From assembly GCF_009914755.1 (NCBI RefSeq), contig NC_060933.1: a stretch of DNA of 64,000 bases; one strand, 5' to 3'. Position numbers and translations under genes: made by a program. The stretch is from the human T2T-CHM13v2.0 reference genome, Homo sapiens. The notes below the pieces were generated by a model, which saw only the letters and a list, made by a program, of their open reading frames with translations, had not been told where the DNA came from and made no database searches. Positions 1 through 11,791 of this stretch are shown here, in pieces (within the stretch, counting starts at the first letter, position 1; every line of letters starts with the position of its first letter).

Positions 1-1134
1 TTGTGAAAGTGTGATAAGGTGTTCTGAGTTCTGAAAGTTCAACTTTGGAAAGCAAATCCTTCTAAAGAAACAGTGTATGAATGATCCTAGTGGTTGGAGC
101 ACACAAGCGGCATTGTTCCACCATCCCCAAAGAATGGAATGGTAGCATTTCTTTAAAGAGAAACTGCTAAAATCTCTGAATGTTTCAGTAGAATATTTTG
201 GTCCCTGAACATGGGCCTAAGAAGAATGAAGTTGGAGTTTGTCGGGGACCTTCGAGAACTTCTAAAATGTCAATAATAAAACTTCTCCGATCATACTTCT
301 TATCCTGCTGCCCCTCTAGCAATTGCAAATGTATGATTAGAAACCTACAGTCCTGCTTCCTTATTAAAAAGAGGTGAGCTGTGACCACGGTGGCCTATGG
401 ATGCAGATCAAAAGTTGTGATGCCCTGATATGTTTATTTGGGGTGGCCCAATGGAGAGATTCCAGCTGGTATTCAGTCACATAGAAAGGGCTCTTTCATA
501 TATCATCCAAGAGTGAATATTTTAGATAATAGTATTCTTGATTGGATAAGTGAACAAACTGGGAGATAAAAGAGCTTAAATTTCAAGAAGGCAAAAATAC
601 TTTTTAAAAAGTGAGTATATGAGCACTTCATCTCCAAAGGACTTTTCTCTTCCCAAACACAGAAATAAGTGCTAAGAGATGGCACTCTTCCCTTTTCTTG
701 TGGATGGTAAATCTGTGAGGGCAATGGGGCTTTGGTTTTCATTTTTCCGTAATCCTCTGTTAATGCGCCTAGTACGTGTCATGTGGACACTCAATAAGCA
801 TAATACTGGGAAACGAATGACTTATTTCAAACTTGAATTCGGTCCTGAGCCATCTTTTTAGCCCTCTGCTCTTTCCAGGGTCAATCTTCTTCAAACTCCC
901 ACATTTTCTGGTCTGTAACTTGCAAGGTTTCCCCAGAGAAAGAAACAATAAACTACCTAGTGACTTTCAGTTGGGGAAACATTATGATAAATAAGAACCA
1001 AATGAAACATCAAACTTAGTTTTAGCTTTAAACACATGATGGAGGAAGTCCCTTTGCCTGTCTTCAGGAGTTGGCTACAGAATAACACTTGGTGACAGCC
1101 TTAATGACATATATAAACTTGCTTCTCTGCAGCT

Positions 1135-1560
1135 GTAACACTCCCAAGCACTTATTCCAAAGGAATCATCAGAGATGTGAGCACACAGAGATGTTCACTG
1201 CAGTGTTATTTATAATACAGAAAAAGTGGAAACAAATGAAGTCTATCAACAGGAGATGAATCAAATAAACAGTATTTCATGCCATTTGGTGGTGATAATC
1301 AGGTTTCAAAAGACTGCTTAATTACGTAGAGAAATAAACATTTTCATGTTGCTATGTGAAAAAAGCAGGCCATAAAACAGTAAGGGTGGAAAAATTATAA
1401 ATTTTAAATAGATACAGAGGTGATAGGTAGGAAACATTTTTAAGGTGGTAACTATGTAGATAATTTTTATTCTATTCTTTTTGCTTTTCCATGTTTTCCA
1501 AAGTTTTCTCCTGTAACCATATGTTTATAGTCAGAAAACTATATTTTATATAGTCAGAAA
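1135..1560 (+). mobile_element. Ancient L1 (L1ME4-like) 3' fragment
   Basis: gatgttcactgcagtgttatttataatacagaaaaagtggaaacaa and the T-rich ttttccaaagttttct end resemble L1ME 3' UTR consensus; highly diverged. Confidence 0.6.
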
Positions 1561-2704
1561 ATATTTTTTTTCAACTGTCAAGCTTAACCATATGATAATA
1601 GGAGGTTATTACGGATGAGTATCTCAGGAAGAGACAAAGCAAGGAGAATTAAGTAAAAAGATAGAGGGATCAGTGGGGAAGATTTGGAAAAGAAAGTTTT
1701 ATAATGTGGAGGGTGAGTTTTCTAGAGAAACAAAGGGAGAAGAGGAGGAAAGTGGGGGAAATGAGAAGGTGGGAGCTGAGTGGGTGGGCAGGGAAACACC
1801 TGAAAGATACACTGAGCTAGTAGGCTGTAGTGGGTCTGTGAGACTAAATAAATTGATTGTAGATAATATTCTCAATGTAAGAAATATTTTAACAGTTCAT
1901 CTTTTTCAACTTCCTTCTTCACTAGATACTACTCCAACCCTTCATCTGAATTACTTTAAACACTGAGTTACATGTATACGGAGTCTTTAAATATTGCTTA
2001 TGTATTTTTTTACCCGATTCTCTCCAGTCTTACTTGTTTTTGTTTTGTTTTCCCTTTATAAAGATAAATAACTATTCAATAGAGAATAGAATAAGAGGAG
2101 CTTTCCATGAACTTTAACCAAAAACAAAAATATTGCTGCCAGAACCCTGGGCATTTTGCTTAAGTGAAAAAGGAAGTCCCAGGTGAGCACAGCAACTTTT
2201 TCATGTGAGGTTGTAGATTATCTTTAGGACCCTTTGATTTAAGAAGGTAATTAGCTCCAAAGAGACTTGTAGCTCTAGGCCACACTGTCCATATAGATCT
2301 GCATAAAATCTTGTGCATCACCTGACAATGCAACTCCCAACAGGGTATATTATCAACCTGTTTCAGATGTAGTTTAGAGTGAATGTAATTTGAATACTAA
2401 CAAGAGAAAACCACAAGGGTAATGCTTACTGTGCTTCTTCCTCACTCTTTTCTTTATGCAATGGCAGATACCTTATTCTTCCCATTCATTGTTAAAGAAA
2501 AATCACACCTGAAGATAAAATACTAAAAAGTTTCTACTGGTACACAACTCCGTTTTGAAAAAGTGAAATCAGATTTTCTACCATCAGTAACGAGATTTTA
2601 ACATGGAAAATGCATATTTCATTATTATAAAGATGTCCAAAGCAGTATTTTTCTGGGATGTTCGCATTTGACAACCGCATCAACTAAAGAGCATGATATA
2701 AAGT

Positions 2705-2899
2705 AGTGGTTAGCAAACGTTTTCTGCTAAGGGCCAGATGGTACATATTTTAGGCTCTTTGAGGGCGATACAGTCTCTGCAGTAATATTCAACTCTTGTT
2801 GTAGCATAAGAACTCCCATAAACAACAAGTAAACAAATGAGCATGGTTTTGTTCCAATAAAACAGGTAGTAGGCTGGAACTGGCCCTGGTCAACCCTTG
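2705..2899. mobile_element. MER58A (hAT-Charlie)
   Basis: gcaaacgttttctgctaagggccagatggtacatattttaggct ... gttccaataaaac ... caacccttg matches MER58A consensus. Confidence 0.8.
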
Positions 2900-3039
2900 G
2901 TATAGAAAAAAGGGGTGTGAGTGGTGAGGTGTCAAGCAGGAAGGAGTAGTAGTGGTCTTAATAGACAGGCTTTCATGGCACCATCACTAGTTTGCCTTTG
3001 CTCTTTCTCAAGCATGTCAGGCAAGATCTCCTTGAGAGG

Positions 3040-3425
3040 ACTTTGCTCCTGTCATTCCTGTACCTGGATAGAACCATCCTCAGATATGCCACAATTCACC
3101 CTCTCAACACATCTGGACTGCTCAAAGGTCTTTCTTGACCATCCTATCTAAAAGCACACCGTGTCATTATTTATTCCTATGCTTCCCCCTATTTTCCTCA
3201 TAGTCCCTCACATTACCTGCCATTGTGCTGTGTCTTTGTAGGTTTGTTTTTTGTCTGTGTCCCCCACTAGAATATAAGTTCCTGAGGGCAGTGATTTTGT
3301 AACTGATGACTAGATAAGTGGACAAACTGGGGGAGAAAAGAGCTCAATGATGTTGATCTGATGTTGCCCCAGATGATGTGGCCCCAGCACCTAGAACTGT
3401 GGCACATGGTTAGCACATAGAGGAT
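3040..3425 (+). mobile_element. L2a 3' region, interrupted at about 3301-3372 by non-L2 sequence
   Basis: cccccactagaatataagttcctgagggcagtgattttgt ... ccccagcacctagaactgtggcacat is the L2a 3' end. Confidence 0.75.
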
Positions 3426-3491
3426 GTAGGCAAATCATCTGATTTCCTTGCACATTAATTCTTCATTGGAAAATGATGGCATCAGGTTGAC

Positions 3492-3786
3492 CAGCATTTC
3501 CTAAAGAAGGATTTCAGGGCGGGACTCAGATGGTACCATCCTAAAAATGCCCAGATAAGCATTTTTCTTTTGATAGTTAGGTTTATATTAATATACAATA
3601 CACAAGGAATGGCTAAACCTGCAAATTTAACAAATACTAGTGCTTGAAGATATATTTTTTTCCTTTTTGGAGTTGTGAAAAAATGAGCCCATCAAAAATA
3701 TTTAAAAACTAGAGTAAAAATGATTTTTGGATAAGAGAAAATCACGATGATGTCACAAAAGTGACCCAAGTTTGAGAAACACAGGA
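3492..3786. mobile_element. hAT-Charlie-type DNA transposon remnant
   Basis: Charlie-like termini cagcatttcctaaag ... aagtttgagaaacacag; subfamily not assigned. Confidence 0.45.
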
Positions 3787-3994
3787 CCAAGCGCTCTTAA
3801 ATGTCCCTCAGGCTCCTTGCTTTTATTCCAATGCTTGGAAATAAATGTATTGTGTTCTCTAACATTTAGGGTTGCCGTTGGCCTACAAAATTAATGGCAG
3901 AGGACCATGACAAAGCCAGCTGCCTCCAGAGAACACTGCCATCAGTGTGTTCTTTCCAAAACAATCAATGGTGCCATCCCCTGATCAATACCAG

Positions 3995-4280
3995 TCAGTG
4001 GCTCTCCATCCCTAGTATGGTCAGCTCAGCATCTAAAGTCTGGCTCTGGCTCTGGAAGTATCTTTCTTCAAATTTCTTCATTTCTGTACAAATCTTCGTA
4101 CACTTTACGCTCCAGCAAACCAAATTATTGATTATTCCCCTCATGAACCATGTTGTTCTAGGCTTCTCAAACTCTGAATATGTTGTCCCTTCATCTGAAA
4201 TGCTAGGTTCTTCCTTCTCTACTCGATCAATGCCCCTGCATTCTTTAAAACTCTGCATGAAACATTGTGTTCCTTGATGG
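3995..4280 (+). mobile_element. L2 fragment
   Basis: cagtggctctccatc ... cactttacgctccagcaaacc ... atgttgtcccttcatctgaaatgc are typical L2 motifs. Confidence 0.6.
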
Positions 4281-4949
4281 GCTTAGCTGGCCACTGCCAG
4301 AGTGAATCACCATGACCATTGTTCCTCTTCCCTATTTTGGTCACACTTCCATTAGGGGAAGAGTCACACGATATAATACTTATTTTCTTTCCAACATGTA
4401 TAATCATCTGTTGCCAGTTTCCACTGCAAATCTACAGTATTCTAGGTCTACTATGGCATAACCAGAGTGTTGTAATTTCACCTAGAACACTTCCCTTCTT
4501 CCTTCTCCTATTTTTATCATTATTTGGGGGGTATCAATTTCTCATCCCTATAATTCACCCTAGGGGAATAATCTCTTTGTGGGCTGAAGTTATTTGTACT
4601 AAAATTTACTTTATAGCCTCTAAACTTAAATCATATACACCTTAACATAATGTTAGGTTAGATTATGTTTTTATCATCTGATTGGGAAAAGATTCAATAA
4701 ATTATGATTTACAATGATAAATTAAACTCATGTTTTGTCAATAGGTCATGCTGTGTAAATCATACTTAAATATATTCAGAATGTTCATGTAGCATGTCAT
4801 TCTACATAGGCATTTTTATAAATAATTTTAAAATATACTTCTGTTTCTTTGGAAATTTGTTTCTTCATTATGGGGCAATTAATCATTGCTTGGCAATAAT
4901 ATGTTATATTTATAAATTATTCTGCAGTTCCCAGAATGCTATGGCATAT

Positions 4950-5075
4950 AGAATTTCATGTAATCTTAATAACATTGTATGGTAGATATTATAAAATTCC
5001 AGGATACAAATAAAAATCTGGGGCTTATAGAGGTTAAGCATCATGCCAAAGTTATACGTCAGCCATAGGCTTAGC
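4950..5075 (-). mobile_element. MIR fragment
   Basis: atttcatgtaatcttaataac ... agaggttaagcatcatgccaaagtt matches the antisense MIR core. Confidence 0.55.
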
Positions 5076-7442
5076 CCAGTGGACCCAAAGCCCTCATATA
5101 TTTGGTGTAGAGTAAAAATGAGGCTATGCTGGTGGGAATTATAACTTCGTTTTCCGTCAAGTAAATGCAGAGTTGCAGCAACATAATGTCATGATTTAAG
5201 TCCTTAATTCTGTTTAGCTTTCACAATTCATTCCTTCTGATTTTGTTAGCAGCCAAAGAAATGTGCTGAGTCATAAAATTGGAACATTTTATGTTAGGTA
5301 GAAATGTGGAATTTATGTGACAAATAATATCATAGATTCACCAGCTGAATTTTGTTTATCTCTTTGGCCCTGGAAGGATGAAGAGGCAAACCAGAAGTGA
5401 GAATGAAAAAATAGTTACAAAGTTGCAATAGCATTCATAGTAGAGTGGTCATGTAAGGATTAACTACTAAAAAAAAATCAATCTCTTTCTCTCTCTCTGT
5501 CTATATGTATGTATACATGTATATTATATATGCACACCATTTTTATTTTTATTTTCTTTATTATCATTCCTAACTACTATTAAGTGTTCTGGGTAGAGAT
5601 GCTGATTTATTTTAGTCAATGGATGATTCCAATTCTGAGGTCAAATTATTTATCCTCACAAGGTACAGACTTAAATCTGGCTGTCGGATCTTGTTTCTGA
5701 AATCCCTATTTTCTGTATCCATTCAAAGCAATAGTAAGGTAGAACCTGGGGGACGCATGACCGATTAGGAGTCTCAAGATATGCATCCTAGCCGTGATTT
5801 GCTTACAACTAGACATGACCTTGGAGGAGTGACTTAATTTTGGTGATCTTCAAGGTCAGCCCCAATTCCTAGAGTTAGGATTCTGGGAATCAGCTTTATT
5901 GTTAGTCCCTCATTAACGTGTACAAGGTATATATAGGGCCTTTTTTGAAAATAAGAGATCTTTTTAAATTTTAATTTTTATAAATTCATGCAATCATTTC
6001 TTTTATAAGTAAACAAACAAAAATGTAGCAGAGCACACAGTTTTGTGTTTACTTAGTGCAGAGTACACAAGAGATTTGAATTAATAAGTAATTCCTGAAA
6101 TAATTCTCACCAGACTCCAATCATCCTTAAGAATGCCCTGGTTGAACAATTTGGCACATGTGTAAAATTTTAATCTATTTCAATGACACTTCAAATATTA
6201 TTAAGATGTTATTACAATTAATTAATAACTCTGCCATAGAGAGAATTTCCAAGAGTAGAACTTGGTATTCTTTTGCCTCATCCCCTACTAAATGATAAAT
6301 CAAATCTTGAAGATCATTCAGGTCAGAATATGCAGAGACTGCTCAAGATTTGTAATATTTTTTGACCTAACAAACAAGAATTATTTAACTGGAGGAACTG
6401 ATAACAAATCAATCCCATTTGTGTCATCAGAAGAAACTTATAAGCAGACAGATCCAGCAATATAAGTGTAAGGTTATTTCTATAACTCTCTGGAAATGAA
6501 AAATTATTAGGTATTAAGTTAACGCAGCATAAATATATTTCTGGCTGATAGGCATTTTTCTGTCAAGTTACTAAATTGTTAGGTAGAAAATAAATCCATC
6601 TGCATAAGTTCAGAATTATGCAGATTTAGATCCTCAACTGCTCCAAATAAAAAGGTAGAAGGGTAAAAATATCATAAGCTAGTCTTTAATTTGGTTATAT
6701 TGTTCTAATGTGACCATTTTAAGGTTGTTCAAGGTTATTAGGCTTAGCTTCAAAATATTGTTAATGTCTTTCCTTATGACTAACTACCAAAGCCTATATC
6801 TTACTGATTTATTCTTACCTCAGTGTGTTAATATTAAATCTTTTTGGAATATTTTACATCCTAGAAGACACTAATATATATACATATACATACATACACA
6901 CACACATATATAGACATATACATATATAGACATATATATATATAAACTTTAAATATATTAATTTAAATTTGATGCATGTAGAAATAATCACAATTCAAAT
7001 GTAGGTATAAAGAATTTTAGTAGTATCACTATACATTATATGTACCCCAAGTCACTATGTAGCCCATAAATATGTATGATTAGTCGATTTAAAAAATTAT
7101 AAAAATTAAATAATTAAAATTTTAAAAGATAAAGTGAGTTTCTGATAGACATTATAAAAATAATTTTCAAAGATAGCACTAAAATACAGATTTAGTTTCC
7201 AATTTGTTTCTGTTCCATTGGATGGAAACATGACTTTTTTTCCTCCTCTCTGTTTTCCCACCATCTCACCCTTACACTCATGTAGAGTTCTAATCTCTGA
7301 ATATTTGTTGCCAGAATGAATTTCTGATAATCGGATTCTTCTGAGACAAGCTATGCTAATTTTAAAAAGAATATTGTGCTGGCTTTCTAATTGTTCCCCA
7401 CAACCCATTCTTTACCCAGCAACAAGTTATCATTTTTCCCCT

Positions 7443-7714
7443 TTAATTAATAGACTTTATTTTTTAGAGCAGTTTTAGGTTTACAAAAAAAGTTGAGAAG
7501 AAAATACAGTCTCATATACTCCCTCCTTCCACCTCTCTCCACAATTTCCCTTTGGTGTAGTACCTTCCTTATAATTGGAAAATTGATACATTATTATTAA
7601 CTAAAATTTGTACCTTACATTAAGCCTCACTGTTTGTATTGTACAGTTTTATGGCTTTTACCAAATGCATAATATCAGATATCCATCATTAATATCATAA
7701 CAAATAGTTTTATT
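7443..7714 (-). mobile_element. L1MC-type 3' end
   Basis: aatagactttattttttagagcagttttaggtttacaaaaaaagttgag is the antisense L1MC 3' terminus. Confidence 0.8.
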
Positions 7715-7942
7715 AATGGTCTTTTAAAATGACGAATTAGCTCATGGCATTTCATCTCCCACACTCCACAATCATTCAATGATTTCATATTACTTTCAAA
7801 ATAGAGCCCAGGTTCGTTACTGGATCTCACCGGCCTTACATGTCACATCCTAGCTCACTTCTCCAAACTGTCTATGCCAAGTCGACTCAGCTCACTACCT
7901 CCAGCCACGTCAACATTATTTTAGATCCTCAACTGCTCCAAA
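7715..7942 (+). mobile_element. L2 fragment
   Basis: cattcaatgatttcatattac ... ggccttacatg ... ctccagccac are L2 motifs. Confidence 0.55.
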
Positions 7943-8418
7943 TAAAAAAGATAGAAGGGTAAAAATATCATGTTATAAGTTAGTCTTTAATCTGGTTATT
8001 GCTTCTTTAAAGTGACACAAATATTCATAACCTGGGATGGGAGTTGGGGGAGGGATTACTGGAAATTTGATATTTCAAATGTAAATTTTTGTAAGTAGCA
8101 ATTTCAGAACTACCTCCCTCCAGGGAACTGAAACTCCCTACAGATTGTTTTATTTGATAATGTGATTTATTCTAAGATTCCTGTTTGGGACATGAGGGAT
8201 AAGTGTGATATTATTTTGGATGTAAGGTAATTATAAACTCATTAATCACTGGGAAATCATGGAGTGGAAACCAAGTATCCTAATTCATTTATCCATTTAA
8301 ACTCTACGTTTGCAAGAGATCTTAGGTCCTTTCTCCAATATTTAGTAGAAAACTAACTTCTTTCTGGTAAATGATACCTTGTTTTCCGTTGGCGACCTAA
8401 GTGCAAAGAGAAAATCAT

Positions 8419-8421
<3 letters not shown>

Positions 8422-8455
<34 letters not shown>
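8422..8455. repeat. (AC)n microsatellite, about 17 units
   Basis: Seen directly. Confidence 0.95.
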
Positions 8456-8457
<2 letters not shown>

Positions 8458-9377
8458 CCATGAAATTCCTGGCTCTGGGATGCTATATATAACACTATTT
8501 ATGATTATTCATTAAAACTGTCACCACTGGTGATGGTATATTATATACTATTGTACTAGTTGGATCCCCAAATAATAATATGGCTCTTTTGTTTGAACAA
8601 TTATTTTTTTCTCTTTACTTTTTTGAATGCCACATGACACACTGATGTGCACATTAACATTAAATACTGACTTGGCTTGAGGCCACAATGTGTATATATC
8701 TTATCACATATTTGTGTGTATGTATCTTATCCCACTGTTGATTCCAATGTTAATGATTTGAAAGCGAATTGTTATGAAAGCGGGCATGCATTTTTACAAA
8801 TGCACAAATCTAATATCTCACAGGGGAGAATCAGGTAGAGAAAACATTTCACTTTGCTTACAGTTCTAATGCAGAAGTCTTTAATTTATCAAGATTAAAG
8901 GTAAACAGAAGCATAGCTGTGGAGTTAATTGTACTTCATTAAAGTCGATGCTACCTGGAGCTCCAACTTTAGTCATTACGTGGAGAATTTGAAAATGAGC
9001 CATCAGAGCTGTACTTACTTATTTTTTAATTAATTCACTCATGCACTCAAAAATATCTGTTGAACACTGACCTGTGCAAAGCTCTTTTAGTTTCTGAGGA
9101 GGTACAAGGCTTTCCTTGTATCTGTTTTTACGTTTATGCTGTGTTCTAGAACAATGCTTCTAAATGATTTGTGGTAAAGAATCTTTTAAAAGAAAATTTC
9201 AATCCATTACATTACAAACTGATACTTTTATAACATGCCATAAAATCGATTATGCACATGGATTTTGTGGCAACAACAAATTGCCATATAAGTTTCTAAA
9301 TGCTTATTCTCAATTTTTGTACTCTTATCATTCACAAACAGTTTGTGGGCCAACACCAGTTTATGAACCACAAGGCA

Positions 9378-9540
9378 CTAATCAGTGTGCAGTGCATGGT
9401 CCAGAAGCATCAGTAGCATCTGAGAACTTGTTAGAAATGCTGATTCATAGGCCCCCAACGGAAGATCTACTGGATCTGCACCTACACGTTAGTAAGATTC
9501 TCAGATGATTCCCTTACATCTAAGTTGGGAAAACACCCTG
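9378..9540. mobile_element. MER5A (hAT-Charlie)
   Basis: gcatctgagaacttgttagaaatgctgattcataggcccc ... agatgattcc ... aagttgggaaaacac. Confidence 0.7.
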
Positions 9541-9599
9541 TGCTGGAGGAAAATCAATCAGAGGGAGTAAAGATTACAATAACGTTTCATAATAGCAGC

Positions 9600-9780
9600 A
9601 ATAACAGTTTTATAGCTATTGCAATATGTCATACATTGGTCTAATTATTTTCATGTATTAACTAATTTGGACCTCATCATACACCTGTGAAGTAAGTGCT
9701 TTTATTATGCTCATTTTGCAGATAAGGACACTGAGGAAGTGGAGGTTAAGCTACTGGTTCAATGTGATGCAGCTGGAAGG
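9600..9780 (-). mobile_element. MIR
   Basis: ctcattttgcagataaggacactgagg ... gaggttaag is the antisense MIR core. Confidence 0.75.
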
Positions 9781-11679
9781 CAAAATACAGGGACATAGAA
9801 TAACTTCAGTGACACAGAGAAGTAAATACACATGCCAGGCATGCTGAGAAAGAACAGTCACTTTGGGCCAGGAGAGGTATCTGAGCTGGGCCTGGCACAG
9901 AGTTAGTGCTCTCAGCACAGAGTAAGCACTTAAATGATTACTGTTGCATTTCATTTAATTAAATTTGTGTCCTTTCTTATTTCCATAGCTTCAGAGAGGT
10001 AGTTGCAAATTAATTACCTGTTCTCATACTTTCTACATTTTAAGATTTAAATTTTCCTTTCTCTGTTTCTCCTAAATCTTTACAATGGACTTCTAAGTAC
10101 TTTGTTCTTTCGCCTGCCCATTAACACTCTCTATCCTGACTAATAGTGTGCAGTTATCCTATATTCTCATGATGTTCTCTAACTCATTTAGGGCAGGGAC
10201 CAGACCATATCTATTTACCTTTTCAACCCCTTCCCCACCCCAGTGCCTGGCATCTGGTAGAACTTCAATAAACATCTGTTAAAATAATAGATATTATACA
10301 GTTATCAAAAAATAGAGTAGTTAGCTGTAGATGGAACATTCTTTCAGATGTGAATTAATGGAACACCTTGCTCTTTTATTTTCCTAACATGTTTTGCATA
10401 AATGGAACCATTAAGCCTTAAAATATTGGGACAAATGTAACTGACCGTCTCTTAAAGCACTGTCATTGAATTGACTGAGTGATTACACTGAATCACATGT
10501 GCAATTCATGCTGCACCTGTGTGTGCACACACACAGACACACACACATGCATGTGGTTTTTCTGTTAGAATCTGGTAGACACACTCCTAGTATTGCATTC
10601 ACCAATTCTGCATTACAGATTACATGCTGGAAAACACTGATAAAAGACAAATTATGTATTAAATCTCCACCCTGCCTTCTGTTGGCATTATAGCCTAATA
10701 GCTCATTTGAAGGATAAGGGGTCCACACTATCATTCTTGAATGTCTGTGCCTTCCAATTAATATTTCATGATCTATGGAAAAAAATCTTAGGAAAGCTCT
10801 GGATTATCAAATGCTATTTTAGGGGTACAGAACATTTTTTTCTTAATGTCAGTAGATATCATTATTTAAATTCAGCCATTTGTTAAACAGTATAATTGCC
10901 CATCAATTATGTTTTCCCACTGAATTTAGATCACATGTTATACCTTCCCTTTGCTCAAGATTTTTTAAGCCTTAGAAAATAAAGGCAGATTCAGACTAAC
11001 CTGAAAAATAAATTTAGTCAGTGTGATTCACAATAATGGAAAAGTTCAGACTTTTATTTCTTAGGTAGTTTTTAAATGATGGTCCTTGCTAGCTTTCATC
11101 TTACCCAATTAGAAAATTCTATATTTTCTATGTTAAAAAAATAAAATTGTGCCCACAGGGTCCTAAACAGGTGGATTTTAGTTGGTATTTGCATGTGTGT
11201 ATAGTTGTGTGCACCCTGGCCAGGTTTAAATGATTAATTAGTCCATAAATTTGAGGACAAAGTCCTGAAATGCTTTGTTCAGCTTAATTTTATGGCTCTC
11301 TTTGTGTTCTTAGATGGCACATCTATACTGCTCTGCTCATTAACATTTAAGACCTCATTGATAGCTTCCTCATGACAGTGTTACTATCAACTTGAGCTTT
11401 TGTGTCAGATATCAATACAAGTAACTTAGAGGCTACTTATATGAAGCCTAAGTCACTCAATTAGTGCTTCTGTTCTTACAGTCCTCTTCCACCTGGCCTG
11501 TTTAGAACAAACAGAGAAATGAAGTGGTAGCCTGCTTGTGTTCCCAACTGTGACTGGGACAGATTTTTCCTTTGCTTCAGTTTTTCCTTTTGCAAACATA
11601 AAGAATACTCCTATCTCTTGTTACTTCACAAGGGACTATGGTCAGCATTGATAAACATGATGACAATCCTGGATTCTTT

Positions 11680-11791
11680 TTTTAAAATGACTTACAAGTT
11701 TTTGTTAAATTTTTTTTAACTGATACATATTAGATGTACATATTTTCAGGTACATGTGATAATTTGATACATTCATATAATCAGATCTAAC
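11680..11791 (-). mobile_element. Short L1MA-type 3' end with target-site duplication
   Basis: atgtacatattttcaggtacatgtgataatttgatacat; flanked by cctggattc at 11668 and 11792. Confidence 0.7.

Noticed and set aside
185-388. Short region open on both strands
   Set aside because: No recognisable peptide and no convincing splice signals; compatible with chance.
3894-4645. Cluster of 62-127 aa ORFs
   Set aside because: It overlaps an L2 remnant and AT-rich DNA, with no recognisable domain.
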